This document shows, piece by piece, positions 52,878-62,417 of a DNA stretch of 64,000 nucleotides. A model generated the notes under the pieces. That model saw nothing but the letters and a program-made list of their open reading frames with translations. It was not told the DNA's origin and did no database searches. Numbering within the stretch: position 1 is the first letter of the stretch; each line of letters opens with the position of its first letter. Origin of the DNA: Candidatus Latescibacterota bacterium (lineage in GTDB: Bacteria; Latescibacterota; CBDEFO01). Location: positions 96,001 through 160,000 of the forward strand of contig CBDEFO010000008.1 in assembly GCA_965237525.1 (NCBI GenBank), in the 5' to 3' direction. The position numbers and the translations under genes were made by a program.

Positions 52878-54565
52878 TTTGATCGCAGCTGTTCGGTCTT
52901 CTGATAGTCCAAAGTCATAGCCTTCTCATCTATCCACACTTTGTAATTCTCTTTGGCGCTCTTTACGGAGACGAGTCCGTTTATCACGTCTTTGAGGACC
53001 ATTTCGGCGTCCCTTTCAGAAGGCACGTAGAAGCCGCCCCCGCCGGGGAGGTCCAGATGGACTTCGATTCCGGGCTCCAATACGTACCTACGTTTTGGAT
53101 GTGGATAAGTTCCATCGGAAAGGTAAAAGCTTCCGGGTCTTCCTGGACTGCCACCTCTGAACCCTCTGGCCGGATTTTTTATGCGGTCGTACATACAGGA
53201 GTGTACGGCGGGCCTGTCGCTCCTTATGCTTATGACCATCTTCTGTCCGAGGCCGCCCCTGAATTTGCCGGGTCCGCCTGAGCCGGGGATGAGCTCGCGC
53301 CTTTTCATAAAGAGCGGGGATACGTTCTCTATGACCTCGGCCGGGACTCCGAGGACGCCGCTGGGGAATGCCGCAGCGGAGATACCATCTGAGGTGGGGC
53401 GGGCGCCTGTCCCTCCCGATGAAAAGTAGATATATGCAAACTTCTGGCCATTTTGATCGTATCCGTCAAACTGCGTGTTCCATAAGTTGGACGAGCCTTC
53501 GGCTGTGACCCTTTCGGGTATGACCTTGGAAAGGGCGCCGAAGATAGCTCCGTATAGGAAGTGTCCGAGTATGTGTCTTCCGCTTACTGGCGCAGGCCAC
53601 AGGGCGTTGAGTATGCAACCTTCGGGAGCATGGACGGTCACGGGTCTGAAGCTTCCTTCGTTGTTGGGGACTTCGGGGTTGACAGCGCACTTGAGCGGAT
53701 ATGTGGTGTAGGCTTGGCAGTAGTTGAACACCACGTTTATGCCTCTTTCGGATTCTTGAGACGTCCCCGTGTAGTCCACCGTGATGTCTCTGTCCTCGAC
53801 GGCTATGGCCACTTTGACGATTATGTCTTCGTCGAAGCCGTCCATGCGTATTTCATCTCTATACGTGCCGTTTGGGATCTCTGATATAGCATCTCTCATG
53901 GCCTCTTCCGAGCGATCGATTATTGCATCTGACAGGGGCTCGATGGTATCGAGACCATATTCGTCCATGCACTCAGAAAGTTTTTCAGAACCGACTTCGT
54001 TGGCTGAGACCTGGGCGGTTATGTCACCCATTACCAGGTCAGGGACTCGGACGTTAGCTCGGATGAGTCTAATTAAGGTCTGATCGAATTCCCCCTTGTT
54101 GCAGAGCTTCATAACAGGGATGTAGAGTCCCTCTTCGAAGACCTCGCGTGCATCGGCTCCCATCGTCCTTCCGCCAATGTCCATTGCGTGGCAGATGTTG
54201 GCAAAGAGACCTACAGGTCTGTCACCTTTGAAAGTAGGCGTGACTACAGTGATGTCGTTGAGATGTCCCGACGTAAGCCAGGGATCGTTGCTAATGAGCG
54301 TGTCTCCGGGTCTGAGGGACTCTAAAGGATACCTCTCAAGGAAGAATCTGACTGCGTTTGCCATGCTATTTATATGGCCCGGAGTCCCCGTGATCGCCTG
54401 GGCTACCATGTTGCCCCTCGTGTCGAACACCCCTGCCGATATGTCCTCCGCCTCTCTGACGACCGTGGTGAAGGACGAGCGTATCAGGGCTGCGGCCTGC
54501 TCCTGTGTGATGGAGATCAGCCTGTTCCAGAGGACTTCTAACTGTATGGGGTCGAATTTTTCCAT
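52874..54565 (-). CDS. Hydantoinase B / 5-oxoprolinase subunit
   Basis: NDPWLTSGHLND, HAMDIGG, EEGLYIP, GSGGPGKFRGGLG, PGGGG. Confidence 0.92.
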   Translation of the reverse strand: MEKFDPIQLEVLWNRLISITQEQAAALIRSSFTTVVREAEDISAGVFDTRGNMVAQAITGTPGHINSMANAVRFFLERYPLESLRPGDTLISNDPWLTSGHLNDITVVTPTFKGDRPVGLFANICHAMDIGGRTMGADAREVFEEGLYIPVMKLCNKGEFDQTLIRLIRANVRVPDLVMGDITAQVSANEVGSEKLSECMDEYGLDTIEPLSDAIIDRSEEAMRDAISEIPNGTYRDEIRMDGFDEDIIVKVAIAVEDRDITVDYTGTSQESERGINVVFNYCQAYTTYPLKCAVNPEVPNNEGSFRPVTVHAPEGCILNALWPAPVSGRHILGHFLYGAIFGALSKVIPERVTAEGSSNLWNTQFDGYDQNGQKFAYIYFSSGGTGARPTSDGISAAAFPSGVLGVPAEVIENVSPLFMKRRELIPGSGGPGKFRGGLGQKMVISIRSDRPAVHSCMYDRIKNPARGFRGGSPGRPGSFYLSDGTYPHPKRRYVLEPGIEVHLDLPGGGGFYVPSERDAEMVLKDVINGLVSVKSAKENYKVWIDEKAMTLDYQKTEQLRSK

Positions 54566-54566
54566 A

Positions 54567-55336
54567 TCAGTCTTTTCTTTCGGCTCTGAAGACGTATGCG
54601 TTCCAGTGGAATTTTATGACGTCGCTGTCACATTCGATTCCGAAGGCGGCCTTTACCTTCTCGGGGGCGTTCAGAAACATCTCTTTGAGCTGTTCTTTAA
54701 CTTTGGAGCCGACTCCGGCTCTGTCTGTCCATCGGCCAAAGGTTTGGTCGTAAGAAACGCAGAGGAGTTCAGCTTTAAGAATGAGTCCGGCTCCTTCGAG
54801 CATGCTCTTCCATTCTGTGGGACGATACATTCTCACATGCGAGGGATCGCGGATCGATTCAGCCTATTTATCCATCGGTCAATTTCATCGTCTTCAGGCG
54901 AGGATGGGTCGGATACTACGAGGCGTCCGCCCCTTCTTAAGACCCTTGCCGATTCCATGAGAAATGCGGGGACATCCCCGAAGTGATGGGGGGCGCTGCG
55001 GCAGGTTACAATATCGAAGGTTTGATCTTTGAAGGGAAGGTTCTCCGCATCGGTAAATTGAAAGATTACGTTGGAGATTCCGCGCTCTTTTGCAATTTTT
55101 CTCGCCTGTTTGAGCATGGGAGGAGTTATATCCGTGGCAATAACGGATCCTGCAAATTCCGCCACGGCAAAGGCGGTGAAGCCTGTGCCTGTGGCTACGT
55201 CCAAGCAGCAGTCTTTGCGGGTCGGACCAGCCAACTGTACGATTGCAGAGAGCGTCTCACCACTTGCGTGAACGGAGCTATTGGCGTATCGCTCGGCCTG
55301 TCTTCCGAACTGAGTCCTTGCAACGTCTTTTTTGCT
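54567..55336 (-). pseudogene. Class I SAM methyltransferase, fused to the upstream gene and frameshifted near 54865
   Basis: QFGRQAERY, LDVATGTG, DAENLPF, APHHF; a one-base shift hides ESIRDPSHVR and joins ORF 54567-54836. Confidence 0.8.
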
Positions 55337-57466
55337 CCCCGATAGATTCAATCGGGGATCGCATCGGGTCATAATAAGGTTGTTGTATCGATCCGTATGT
55401 GCCTGCCATTGAGGGCTGACTACCGCTGTGGATTCCCTCTCCTCCACGATGGCGGGACCTTTGAAGCTGGATCCGGGTGGGAGAGCGTATCGGTCGTAGA
55501 CGGGACAGTCTATGTATTCTTTGTACTCGTCGAAATAGACCTTCCGACGGGACTTAAGGGCGTCGTCTAAGTTGCCCTCCAAGGGCGTATGAAAGTTTAG
55601 TTTAACCTCGGGCTTGGGTCCAGATGCGAACACTCTCCAGTTTAGGGCTTCTATCTCAAACCCCCTATTCAGTCTCTTGTAGTGCCTGAGGTATTCTTCT
55701 TCAAAGGCTCTCTGCAAAGTTTGGATCGCCTCGGAGGTTATCTCTCCCGAAGGTACAAGGACATTGATCTCGAAGCCCTGTCCCTTGTAGCGCATGTCGG
55801 CTGACCTGATTATGATTACATCTTGTTCCGGGACTCTGGCGTTTTCAAGCAGACTCAGGACTGACCTTTCCATATCGCCAAATATACTATTGAGTCGATC
55901 TATATCGAGTTCCCCAAGGGAAGAAATGTACGTGCGCACCAGATCGAAGGAGATCGGGGCGGTCAATAAGCCGAAGGCAGACGTGGCTCCGGCGGCAAGG
56001 GGGACTATTATCTTTTCTATTCTGAGCTTTTCAGCGATCCGAGAGGCGTGCACTGGACCGGCCCCTCCGAACGCCGCAAGGGCGTACCTTCTGGAATCTT
56101 TGCCCTTTTCGACGGCGTGTATCCTTGAGCCGTTGGCCATGTTCTCGTTTACTACCTGATGAATTCCGAAAGCGGCCCGAGCCAGACCTAATCCGAGGGG
56201 TTCTGCTATTTTAGTCCGTATAGCGTCCACGGCCTTTTGAACGTTCAGCTTCATCCTGCCGCCGAGGAAGTACTCGGGGTTGAGGTAACCGAGGATTAGG
56301 TCTGCGTCTGTGACTGTGGGATCATCTCCGCCTTTATCGCAGCAGACAGGGCCGGGATCTGATCCTGCACTTTGGGGACCGACCTTCAAGAGTCCCATCT
56401 TGTCTATCGTGGCGATGCTCCCGCCGCCTGCCCCTATTTCGATCATCTCTATGACCGGTACCTTTATGGGAAGTCCGCTGCCCTTTTTGAACCGGTGGAC
56501 GCGTGCGATCTCGAAATCGGTGGTATATGTTGGGAGATTGTCAGTTATGATGCAGGTCTTGGCGGTAGTGCCTCCCATGTCGAATGAGATTATGTCAGGC
56601 GTATCTGTCAGTTTACCGTAGAAGACAGCGGCGAGTGCACCTGCTGCGGGACCAGATTCTATTATCCTTACAGGGAACTCTCCGGCTGTGTCGCAGGTGG
56701 CTATCCCTCCGTTGGAAAGCATTATATACAGATCGCTTTGAACCCCGAAGTCTTTCAATTCAGATTGAAGAGAGCCGAGATATCTCTCACAGAGGGGCTT
56801 GGCGTAAACGTTGGCGACTGTGGTGGATGTCCTTTCGTACTCTCTTATCTCAGGCACGACGTCAGATGAGAGAGATACTGACATCGCGGGTGCGATTTTA
56901 GCTATGGCATCCCTTACGGCAACCTCGTGAGCGGGATTTCGGTAGGAATGGAGGAGACAGACAGCTATCGCCTCCACGTCCTGGGACAGCAGGTATTTGA
57001 TCTTTTCTGAGACTTCATCCCCATCGGGCTCTTTCATTACGTTCCCCTCGCTATCGAGCCTTTCATCTATTTCGCATCTGAGATATCTGGGGATCAGGGG
57101 TTCTGGAAGTTCCAGAAAAAGGTCGTATATGTCGTACCGCCTTTCTCTTCCTATCTCCAGGGCGTCTCTAAAGCCCTCTGTGGTTATAAGGCCTGTCTTT
57201 GCTCCCCTCCTCTCTATAATGGCGTTCGTAACGAGTGTGGTGCCGTGTATGGCGTTGGCTATGCCCTGGGGGAATATTGCATTTTCCTTGAGGATGTCGG
57301 AAAGACCATCTACTACGGCTACAGATGGATCTTCTGCCGTGGTGGGAACCTTCTGGATTATTAGCTTTCCGGTCCGGTTATCCATAAGCATTATATCAGT
57401 AAATGTGCCGCCGATGTCCACGCCGAGGCGATATGTGTAAGAGGTACTGCCAGAAAGCATAGTCAC
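54833..57466 (-). CDS. Hydantoinase A / 5-oxoprolinase subunit reading through into a methyltransferase
   Basis: GVDIGGTFTD, HGTT, ESGPAAG, DMGGTT, IGAGGGS, AFGGAGP, GPAIVEE; the domain ends near 55375. Confidence 0.9.
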   Translation of the reverse strand: MTMLSGSTSYTYRLGVDIGGTFTDIMLMDNRTGKLIIQKVPTTAEDPSVAVVDGLSDILKENAIFPQGIANAIHGTTLVTNAIIERRGAKTGLITTEGFRDALEIGRERRYDIYDLFLELPEPLIPRYLRCEIDERLDSEGNVMKEPDGDEVSEKIKYLLSQDVEAIAVCLLHSYRNPAHEVAVRDAIAKIAPAMSVSLSSDVVPEIREYERTSTTVANVYAKPLCERYLGSLQSELKDFGVQSDLYIMLSNGGIATCDTAGEFPVRIIESGPAAGALAAVFYGKLTDTPDIISFDMGGTTAKTCIITDNLPTYTTDFEIARVHRFKKGSGLPIKVPVIEMIEIGAGGGSIATIDKMGLLKVGPQSAGSDPGPVCCDKGGDDPTVTDADLILGYLNPEYFLGGRMKLNVQKAVDAIRTKIAEPLGLGLARAAFGIHQVVNENMANGSRIHAVEKGKDSRRYALAAFGGAGPVHASRIAEKLRIEKIIVPLAAGATSAFGLLTAPISFDLVRTYISSLGELDIDRLNSIFGDMERSVLSLLENARVPEQDVIIIRSADMRYKGQGFEINVLVPSGEITSEAIQTLQRAFEEEYLRHYKRLNRGFEIEALNWRVFASGPKPEVKLNFHTPLEGNLDDALKSRRKVYFDEYKEYIDCPVYDRYALPPGSSFKGPAIVEERESTAVVSPQWQAHTDRYNNLIMTRCDPRLNLSGSKKDVARTQFGRQAERYANSSVHASGETLSAIVQLAGPTRKDCCLDVATGTGFTAFAVAEFAGSVIATDITPPMLKQARKIAKERGISNVIFQFTDAENLPFKDQTFDIVTCRSAPHHFGDVPAFLMESARVLRRGGRLVVSDPSSPEDDEIDRWINRLNRSAIPRM

Positions 57467-58410
57467 CTTTTAGCGAATATGAGTTGTACGTCCTTGCCTT
57501 CAATATCTTCTATCTGTATCTCTTGAAAGCCCGCCTCTTTCAGCCATTCTCCATACTCCTCCTGGGTCCAGGTGCCTCCACTTTCCGTGTTGACCAGCAT
57601 ATTGACCGCAAATAGCGGGGCGTAAGGGCTTCGACCCCGCACAAAGTCGAGGATCGCCACGTATCCATCAGAGCCGAGAGATTGGCCCGCTCTGTTGAAA
57701 AGTGCCTTGTTATCCTCCGGGCCATATATATGGGTTATGTTGCCCATAAAGATAAGGTCAAAGGGGACTTGGGGGACCGACTCCAAGAAATCGCCCACAA
57801 CTAAATCTATCCTCTTCTCCATCCCGAGAACAGGTCTAACAATATCTATCACTTCGGGTGTATCCAAGACAGTTACCCTGATGCCCCTTGCGGCAAATTC
57901 TACAGCGTGTGCCCCCGGACCACCTCCCAGATCTAACAGGGTCTTCATATTTGGGACGTATTCAAAGCAGATGTCCACAGCTTCCCGGACCGACTCTTTC
58001 GGTCTTTGTGCCATAGCCGCCACGAAGGTTTTGAGCTCCTCTTCGGATCTGAATCCTTGGGGGGTCTTTTCTCCCTTTATAAGTTCAGGGATAATCAGCC
58101 ATCGCCCCACCAGTTCGTACCGAAGCATAATCCTGCCAGCAGAATAGATGGGACTTGTAGAATCTACAAAGATATCCCTTGCTCTGTCGCTTATGTGATA
58201 CTTTTCCTCGTGTTTATCCAGATAACCCTCCTCCACAAGAGCGTCAGCGACAGCTATGATAGCTCTTTGATCTCCTTTAAGACCAGTTTCAATCTCAGGC
58301 GCGGACAGCGGACCATCGGACAAGAGGTCAAATATGCCCGCCTTGAAGGCACCTCCCACAAGCAACAGTACCTCCCAGTTGTCCAATTTTGATATGAGTT
58401 CTTCTGACAT
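57463..58410 (-). CDS. O-methyltransferase family (dimerisation + Methyltransf_2) protein
   Basis: LLDLGGGPG, VGDFL, FAVNMLVNTESG; GAGGAGG RBS. Confidence 0.88.
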   Translation of the reverse strand: MSEELISKLDNWEVLLLVGGAFKAGIFDLLSDGPLSAPEIETGLKGDQRAIIAVADALVEEGYLDKHEEKYHISDRARDIFVDSTSPIYSAGRIMLRYELVGRWLIIPELIKGEKTPQGFRSEEELKTFVAAMAQRPKESVREAVDICFEYVPNMKTLLDLGGGPGAHAVEFAARGIRVTVLDTPEVIDIVRPVLGMEKRIDLVVGDFLESVPQVPFDLIFMGNITHIYGPEDNKALFNRAGQSLGSDGYVAILDFVRGRSPYAPLFAVNMLVNTESGGTWTQEEYGEWLKEAGFQEIQIEDIEGKDVQLIFAKR

Positions 58411-58808
58411 TACGGCAATCTTCCTCCTCAAGAAAGTAGTGTAGGGGCGAGGTCTCCTCGCCCATGTCAGACAAGCATGTCTGGCTCACCACGCCGAACC
58501 CAAGCCCCTCATGTTTCAAGGGCGCAGACCAACCGTTCGTATGATGTCATCGGTTACCTCCCAAGTTTAGATCCCTGTAAAAAAGCTCAAGCAAAAAGAC
58601 ATCACCTTTGTCCTTCAAGGCACGCAGTGTGAAAATAAAGGAAAACGTCTTACAGATCGTATGTGATTGTATCACAGCCGCGTGCAGACATTGTCTCTTT
58701 GGAGGTATTTAGCCGTATGAGATGAAGGGCTATGCAACTTTTGAGGGCATATAACCCTGCTGGCGCACAAAAATGACTATAATTGTATTATTTACCTTAC
58801 TTTAGTGC

Positions 58809-58837
58809 TTGACAACTCAACATCTTTGGATTATATT
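58809..58837 (+). promoter_or_regulatory. Sigma70-like promoter upstream of rrf2
   Basis: TTGACA-17 nt-TATATT. Confidence 0.65.
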
Positions 58838-59018
58838 GAAACGTTACCCGTAAGTTCAGGTGCTCTGTCGCTAAACCCCTTGGAGGCGACAACAGCAGGC
58901 GAGGTTCATTTTTAATTCCTAACGAATCTAACAAAGTGGTGAATATAGATACAGATGTAGTTATTTTAATAAACAAACTGCTTGTAGTCAAGCCATTTTG
59001 TACAGAGGAGGAGAGGAA

Positions 59019-59459
59019 ATGCAGTTAACTATAGCAGTGGATTATGCCACGCGGGCACTTATGCATCTGGCATCTCAGCCCAGTCCAAAGGCAGTCCTTA
59101 TCAGCCAGATAGCCCAAGCAGAAAATATTCCCAAAAGTTTCCTTGCCAAGATCCTCCAAGATTTAGTCAAGGCAGGTTTTGTCAGGTCCAGAAGGGGCAC
59201 CAAAGGGGGATTTTTCTTGGCATGTAATGCTGATGAGCTTACGATGCGGCAGGTGGTGGAAGCGATAGATGGACCTGTTGTGTTTCGCCAGTGCATATTG
59301 AGATGGGAGGGGTGTCCTCACGAAAGGGATTGTGCCCTGTGCGATGTGTGGTTAGAGGCAGAGGAGAAGATGCTTGAGTTGCTGGAGAAGTCTAGGATAG
59401 CCGATCTGCTGTTATATGAGAAGCAGAAAGGAGCTGAAATTCGACAAGATCAGCCGTAG
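59019..59459 (+). CDS. Rrf2 family transcriptional regulator (three-Cys, Fe-S type)
   Basis: DYATRAL, FLAKILQDL, SRRGTKGGF, CILRWEGCPHERDC. Confidence 0.93.
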   Translation: MQLTIAVDYATRALMHLASQPSPKAVLISQIAQAENIPKSFLAKILQDLVKAGFVRSRRGTKGGFFLACNADELTMRQVVEAIDGPVVFRQCILRWEGCPHERDCALCDVWLEAEEKMLELLEKSRIADLLLYEKQKGAEIRQDQP

Positions 59460-59801
59460 CGTCCCATGTGTCCCTTAAATGTTTGAGAATCCGACTCAGA
59501 CGATATGTCCTTTTGCTCTGTTCAGTACTGTTATTCACCCTCAGATATATGGCTCTTCTGACGCCCCAATACTATCCATGCTTTTGATAACTGTCCTCCA
59601 CGCGGCAGTCATGGGCAGACCGTGGTAACCTGCAAGAGAAAGCTTAACAAGAGCCACGCAGGCTTCATCAGAACGTGGGTCGAACCTCGTCTCTGTGCGA
59701 TGATGGACAGAAGAATCCTCGCCCCAGGGACAGAGTCGGAGCACAATGTCTCCCGTCTCACATGTCTCCAGCCACTTTAAGCCTGAATCGAGTGAACTTT
59801 A

Positions 59802-61322
59802 GAAGCCTTGTGAAAAACCCTTAGATTCAGAAAATAGTATAAAACAAGCATTGATAAAGCAGCTCCGATGTATTATATTATGTTATTGATAATATTATAC
59901 ATGGAGGAAACAATGACCCCACAAAAGCAGGAACAGACAAATCCGATGTTTCACTATTTTCAGATGGAGGATTTAGTTCCCGAGGATCATATCCTTCGTC
60001 AGATTGATGAGGCAGTTGATTTTTCATTTGTACGAGACGTTGTATCAGATTGTTATTGCCCTGACAATGGCAGACCCGGTATTGATCCTGAATTAGTTGT
60101 TCGAATGATCCTTATTGGCTATCTGTATAATTTGAGTGAGAATCGGCTCTGTCAGGAAGTGGGGATGCATGCGGCATATCGGTTGTTTTGTCATCAGACA
60201 TTTGATGATGCGGTTCCGGATAGGAGCACGATCAACAAGCTTCGCAATCACAAGTGGGCATCCAGTGGGTTGTTTGAACGGATAATGCGTCAGGTAGTCC
60301 AGTGTTGCATAGATGTCGGTCTTGTGAGCGGTAAACACCTTAGTGTCGACGGCACTCAGATACAAGCTGATGCTTCAGTGAAAAGTATTGAGCCGATAGA
60401 ACCCCCTTTTTCTCTTGATGATTATCTCAAGGGAATCGGTTTTGAAGGTGATAAGACAAAGGGTAGGTCCGGGCATCCTCAGGATAAAGACTTTCATGGT
60501 GAAAAGTGGACGAACCAAACACACCGTTCGACTACAGACCCCGACGCGCGCTTATACAGCAAATCGAAGGGCAAAGGGGCTTTTCTCTCGTTTATGGGCC
60601 ATGATCTGATCGACACAAAAAGCAGAGTAATCCTTGAGACTCAGGGCACGCAGGCGACAGGGACAGCAGAGCCCGAAAGTGCCCTTAAGATGGTAGATGA
60701 CCTTGAAACATACACCATGCCCAAAGACATTCAGACACTTAGTGCCGATACCGGTTACGGTTCTGGTAATTTTATCGCTGATGTACTTGACCGGGGAATC
60801 ATACCCCATATTCCTCTGCGAGCCGATGAGAAGATTGAACCGATTCCTACATGGAAAAACAAGACAAATCCAGCACATATTCAGGCCGAACGGGATAGAA
60901 AAGTGCGAGAGGCGAAAGCCAGAAATCATGCACGGTCTATCTCATTAACAGCTGACTACAAACTCTCCCGGAGACTCCGTAAACGCAGTGAACATATCTT
61001 TGCTGAAGCCAGGCAACAACACGGTATGGGACGAGCCCGTTATAGAGGACCAGCCTCACTGAATGAACAGTTGAATCTTGTTGCAACAGTACAGAATCTC
61101 AAGAGGCTTGTATCTTTCATAAGAAGGGGGAAAGCGCCTATGTGTGCCCTGTCTGTCAAAGACAGTGCATCCTGTTCTTCAAACAGCTCCTATTCCTTGC
61201 TGACCAGAACTCTGATAAGACTATTTTGCTTATTCCACAGCAAAACGATACGATATGCTACTCTTTGACCCATAATCGGCGCTTCAGACGCTGCCTGGGA
61301 CATAACTATTTCACAAGGCTTC
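59802..61322 (+). mobile_element. IS1182-like insertion sequence, copy 4 (intact transposase 59868-61268)
   Basis: 1521 bp, same IR, flanked by TA. Confidence 0.95.
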
Positions 61323-61437
61323 TAATGCAATATGGAGGTTTCGTAAATTTATAAATGTTTTGAATCGTAAGTCTCCATATCAGAGTTGACTTTGTCACAA
61401 AAGTCTCTAAAATTCTATCAGGGCGCCTGGGGCATCA

Positions 61438-62382
61438 CTAAGCTGCATCCCCCTTGCCTATAATCTCGTTGATCCTTTTCATCTGGTCTTCCCCCAGCTT
61501 CCAATCTCCTGCACGGGCGTTTTTCTCCACCTGATCTGGTCTCGTCGCCCCGCATATAGCCAGCGTCACTCCCGGCTGATGAATAGTCCAATTTGTCACT
61601 AACTCCGCTAAAGAACTTCCGCACTCATCTGCTATCCCTCTCAATCTGTCCAGCATATCTAACGTCCTTTCAAACCTTTCGCCCCGAAACTCAGGGTCAT
61701 TCTTTCTGCTGTCCCCCTTGGGAAAGCTGTGTCCCTTTTGATACTTGCCCGTCAACAGCCCCTTGTAGAAGGGCCAGTACACGCACACCCCTATCCCCGA
61801 CTCTATACAGTGGGGCAATATCTCATCCTCAATTGCCCGCATTATCATATTGTAGGGAGGTTGAAGAGAATGGAGCGGCGCGTATTCTGCAAACTCCTTC
61901 ATAGAGGACACACTATAGTTGCTCACCCCGATCGCCCTTATCTTACCTTCTCTTAGAAGGTCATCCATCGTCTGCGCTGTATCCCGGAGGGGCGTATTCT
62001 CATCGTACGCATGGACTTGATAAAGATCTATCACATCTATATTCAACCTCTTCAGGCTCTCCTCCACCTGTCGCTTTATTCTTCCCCTGGAGCTATCGTG
62101 GCACAGTTGGTCATCCTTCCAGTGGAGTCCACCTTTGGTGGCTATGATCACCTCATCTCTCCTACCCTGGATAGCCCTTCCCACAAGCCTTTCGGACTCG
62201 CCGTTCTTGCCGTACATATACGCGGTATCTATAAAGTTTATCCCCACGTCCAGGGACTTTTTAATGGCAGCGATGGACTCTTTATCATCCACGCCGCTCC
62301 AACCGATCCCCGCGATAGGCCAGCATCCCAGACCTATTACGGAGACATTAAAGCCTGAATCTCCAAGCTGGCGATATTCCAT
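61438..62382 (-). CDS. Aldo/keto reductase
   Basis: IGLGCW, DTAYMY, IATKG, IDLYQVH, IGVSN. Confidence 0.93.
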   Translation of the reverse strand: MEYRQLGDSGFNVSVIGLGCWPIAGIGWSGVDDKESIAAIKKSLDVGINFIDTAYMYGKNGESERLVGRAIQGRRDEVIIATKGGLHWKDDQLCHDSSRGRIKRQVEESLKRLNIDVIDLYQVHAYDENTPLRDTAQTMDDLLREGKIRAIGVSNYSVSSMKEFAEYAPLHSLQPPYNMIMRAIEDEILPHCIESGIGVCVYWPFYKGLLTGKYQKGHSFPKGDSRKNDPEFRGERFERTLDMLDRLRGIADECGSSLAELVTNWTIHQPGVTLAICGATRPDQVEKNARAGDWKLGEDQMKRINEIIGKGDAA

Positions 62383-62417
62383 GGCAAACTCCGTAAGGTT
62401 AGGTAGCCGATAACCGC

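Larger units (their letters stand above)
2999..55357. repeat. Dispersed 21-nt palindrome family, consensus CCCCGATTGA(A/T)TCTATCGGGG
   Basis: Copies start at 2999, 17679, 18905, 22000, 22259, 23996, 24064, 27081, 27243, 28502, 43352, 43423, 51172 and 55337, in both orientations with few mismatches. Confidence 0.9.

Noticed and set aside
2999..55357. The 21-nt palindromes as CRISPR repeats
   Set aside because: Copies are dispersed in both orientations with no regular spacers, and no cas genes are present.
58844..58910. Known riboswitch in the rrf2 leader
   Set aside because: A hairpin is present but no conserved TPP, SAM, cobalamin, c-di-GMP or guanidine motifs were recognisable.
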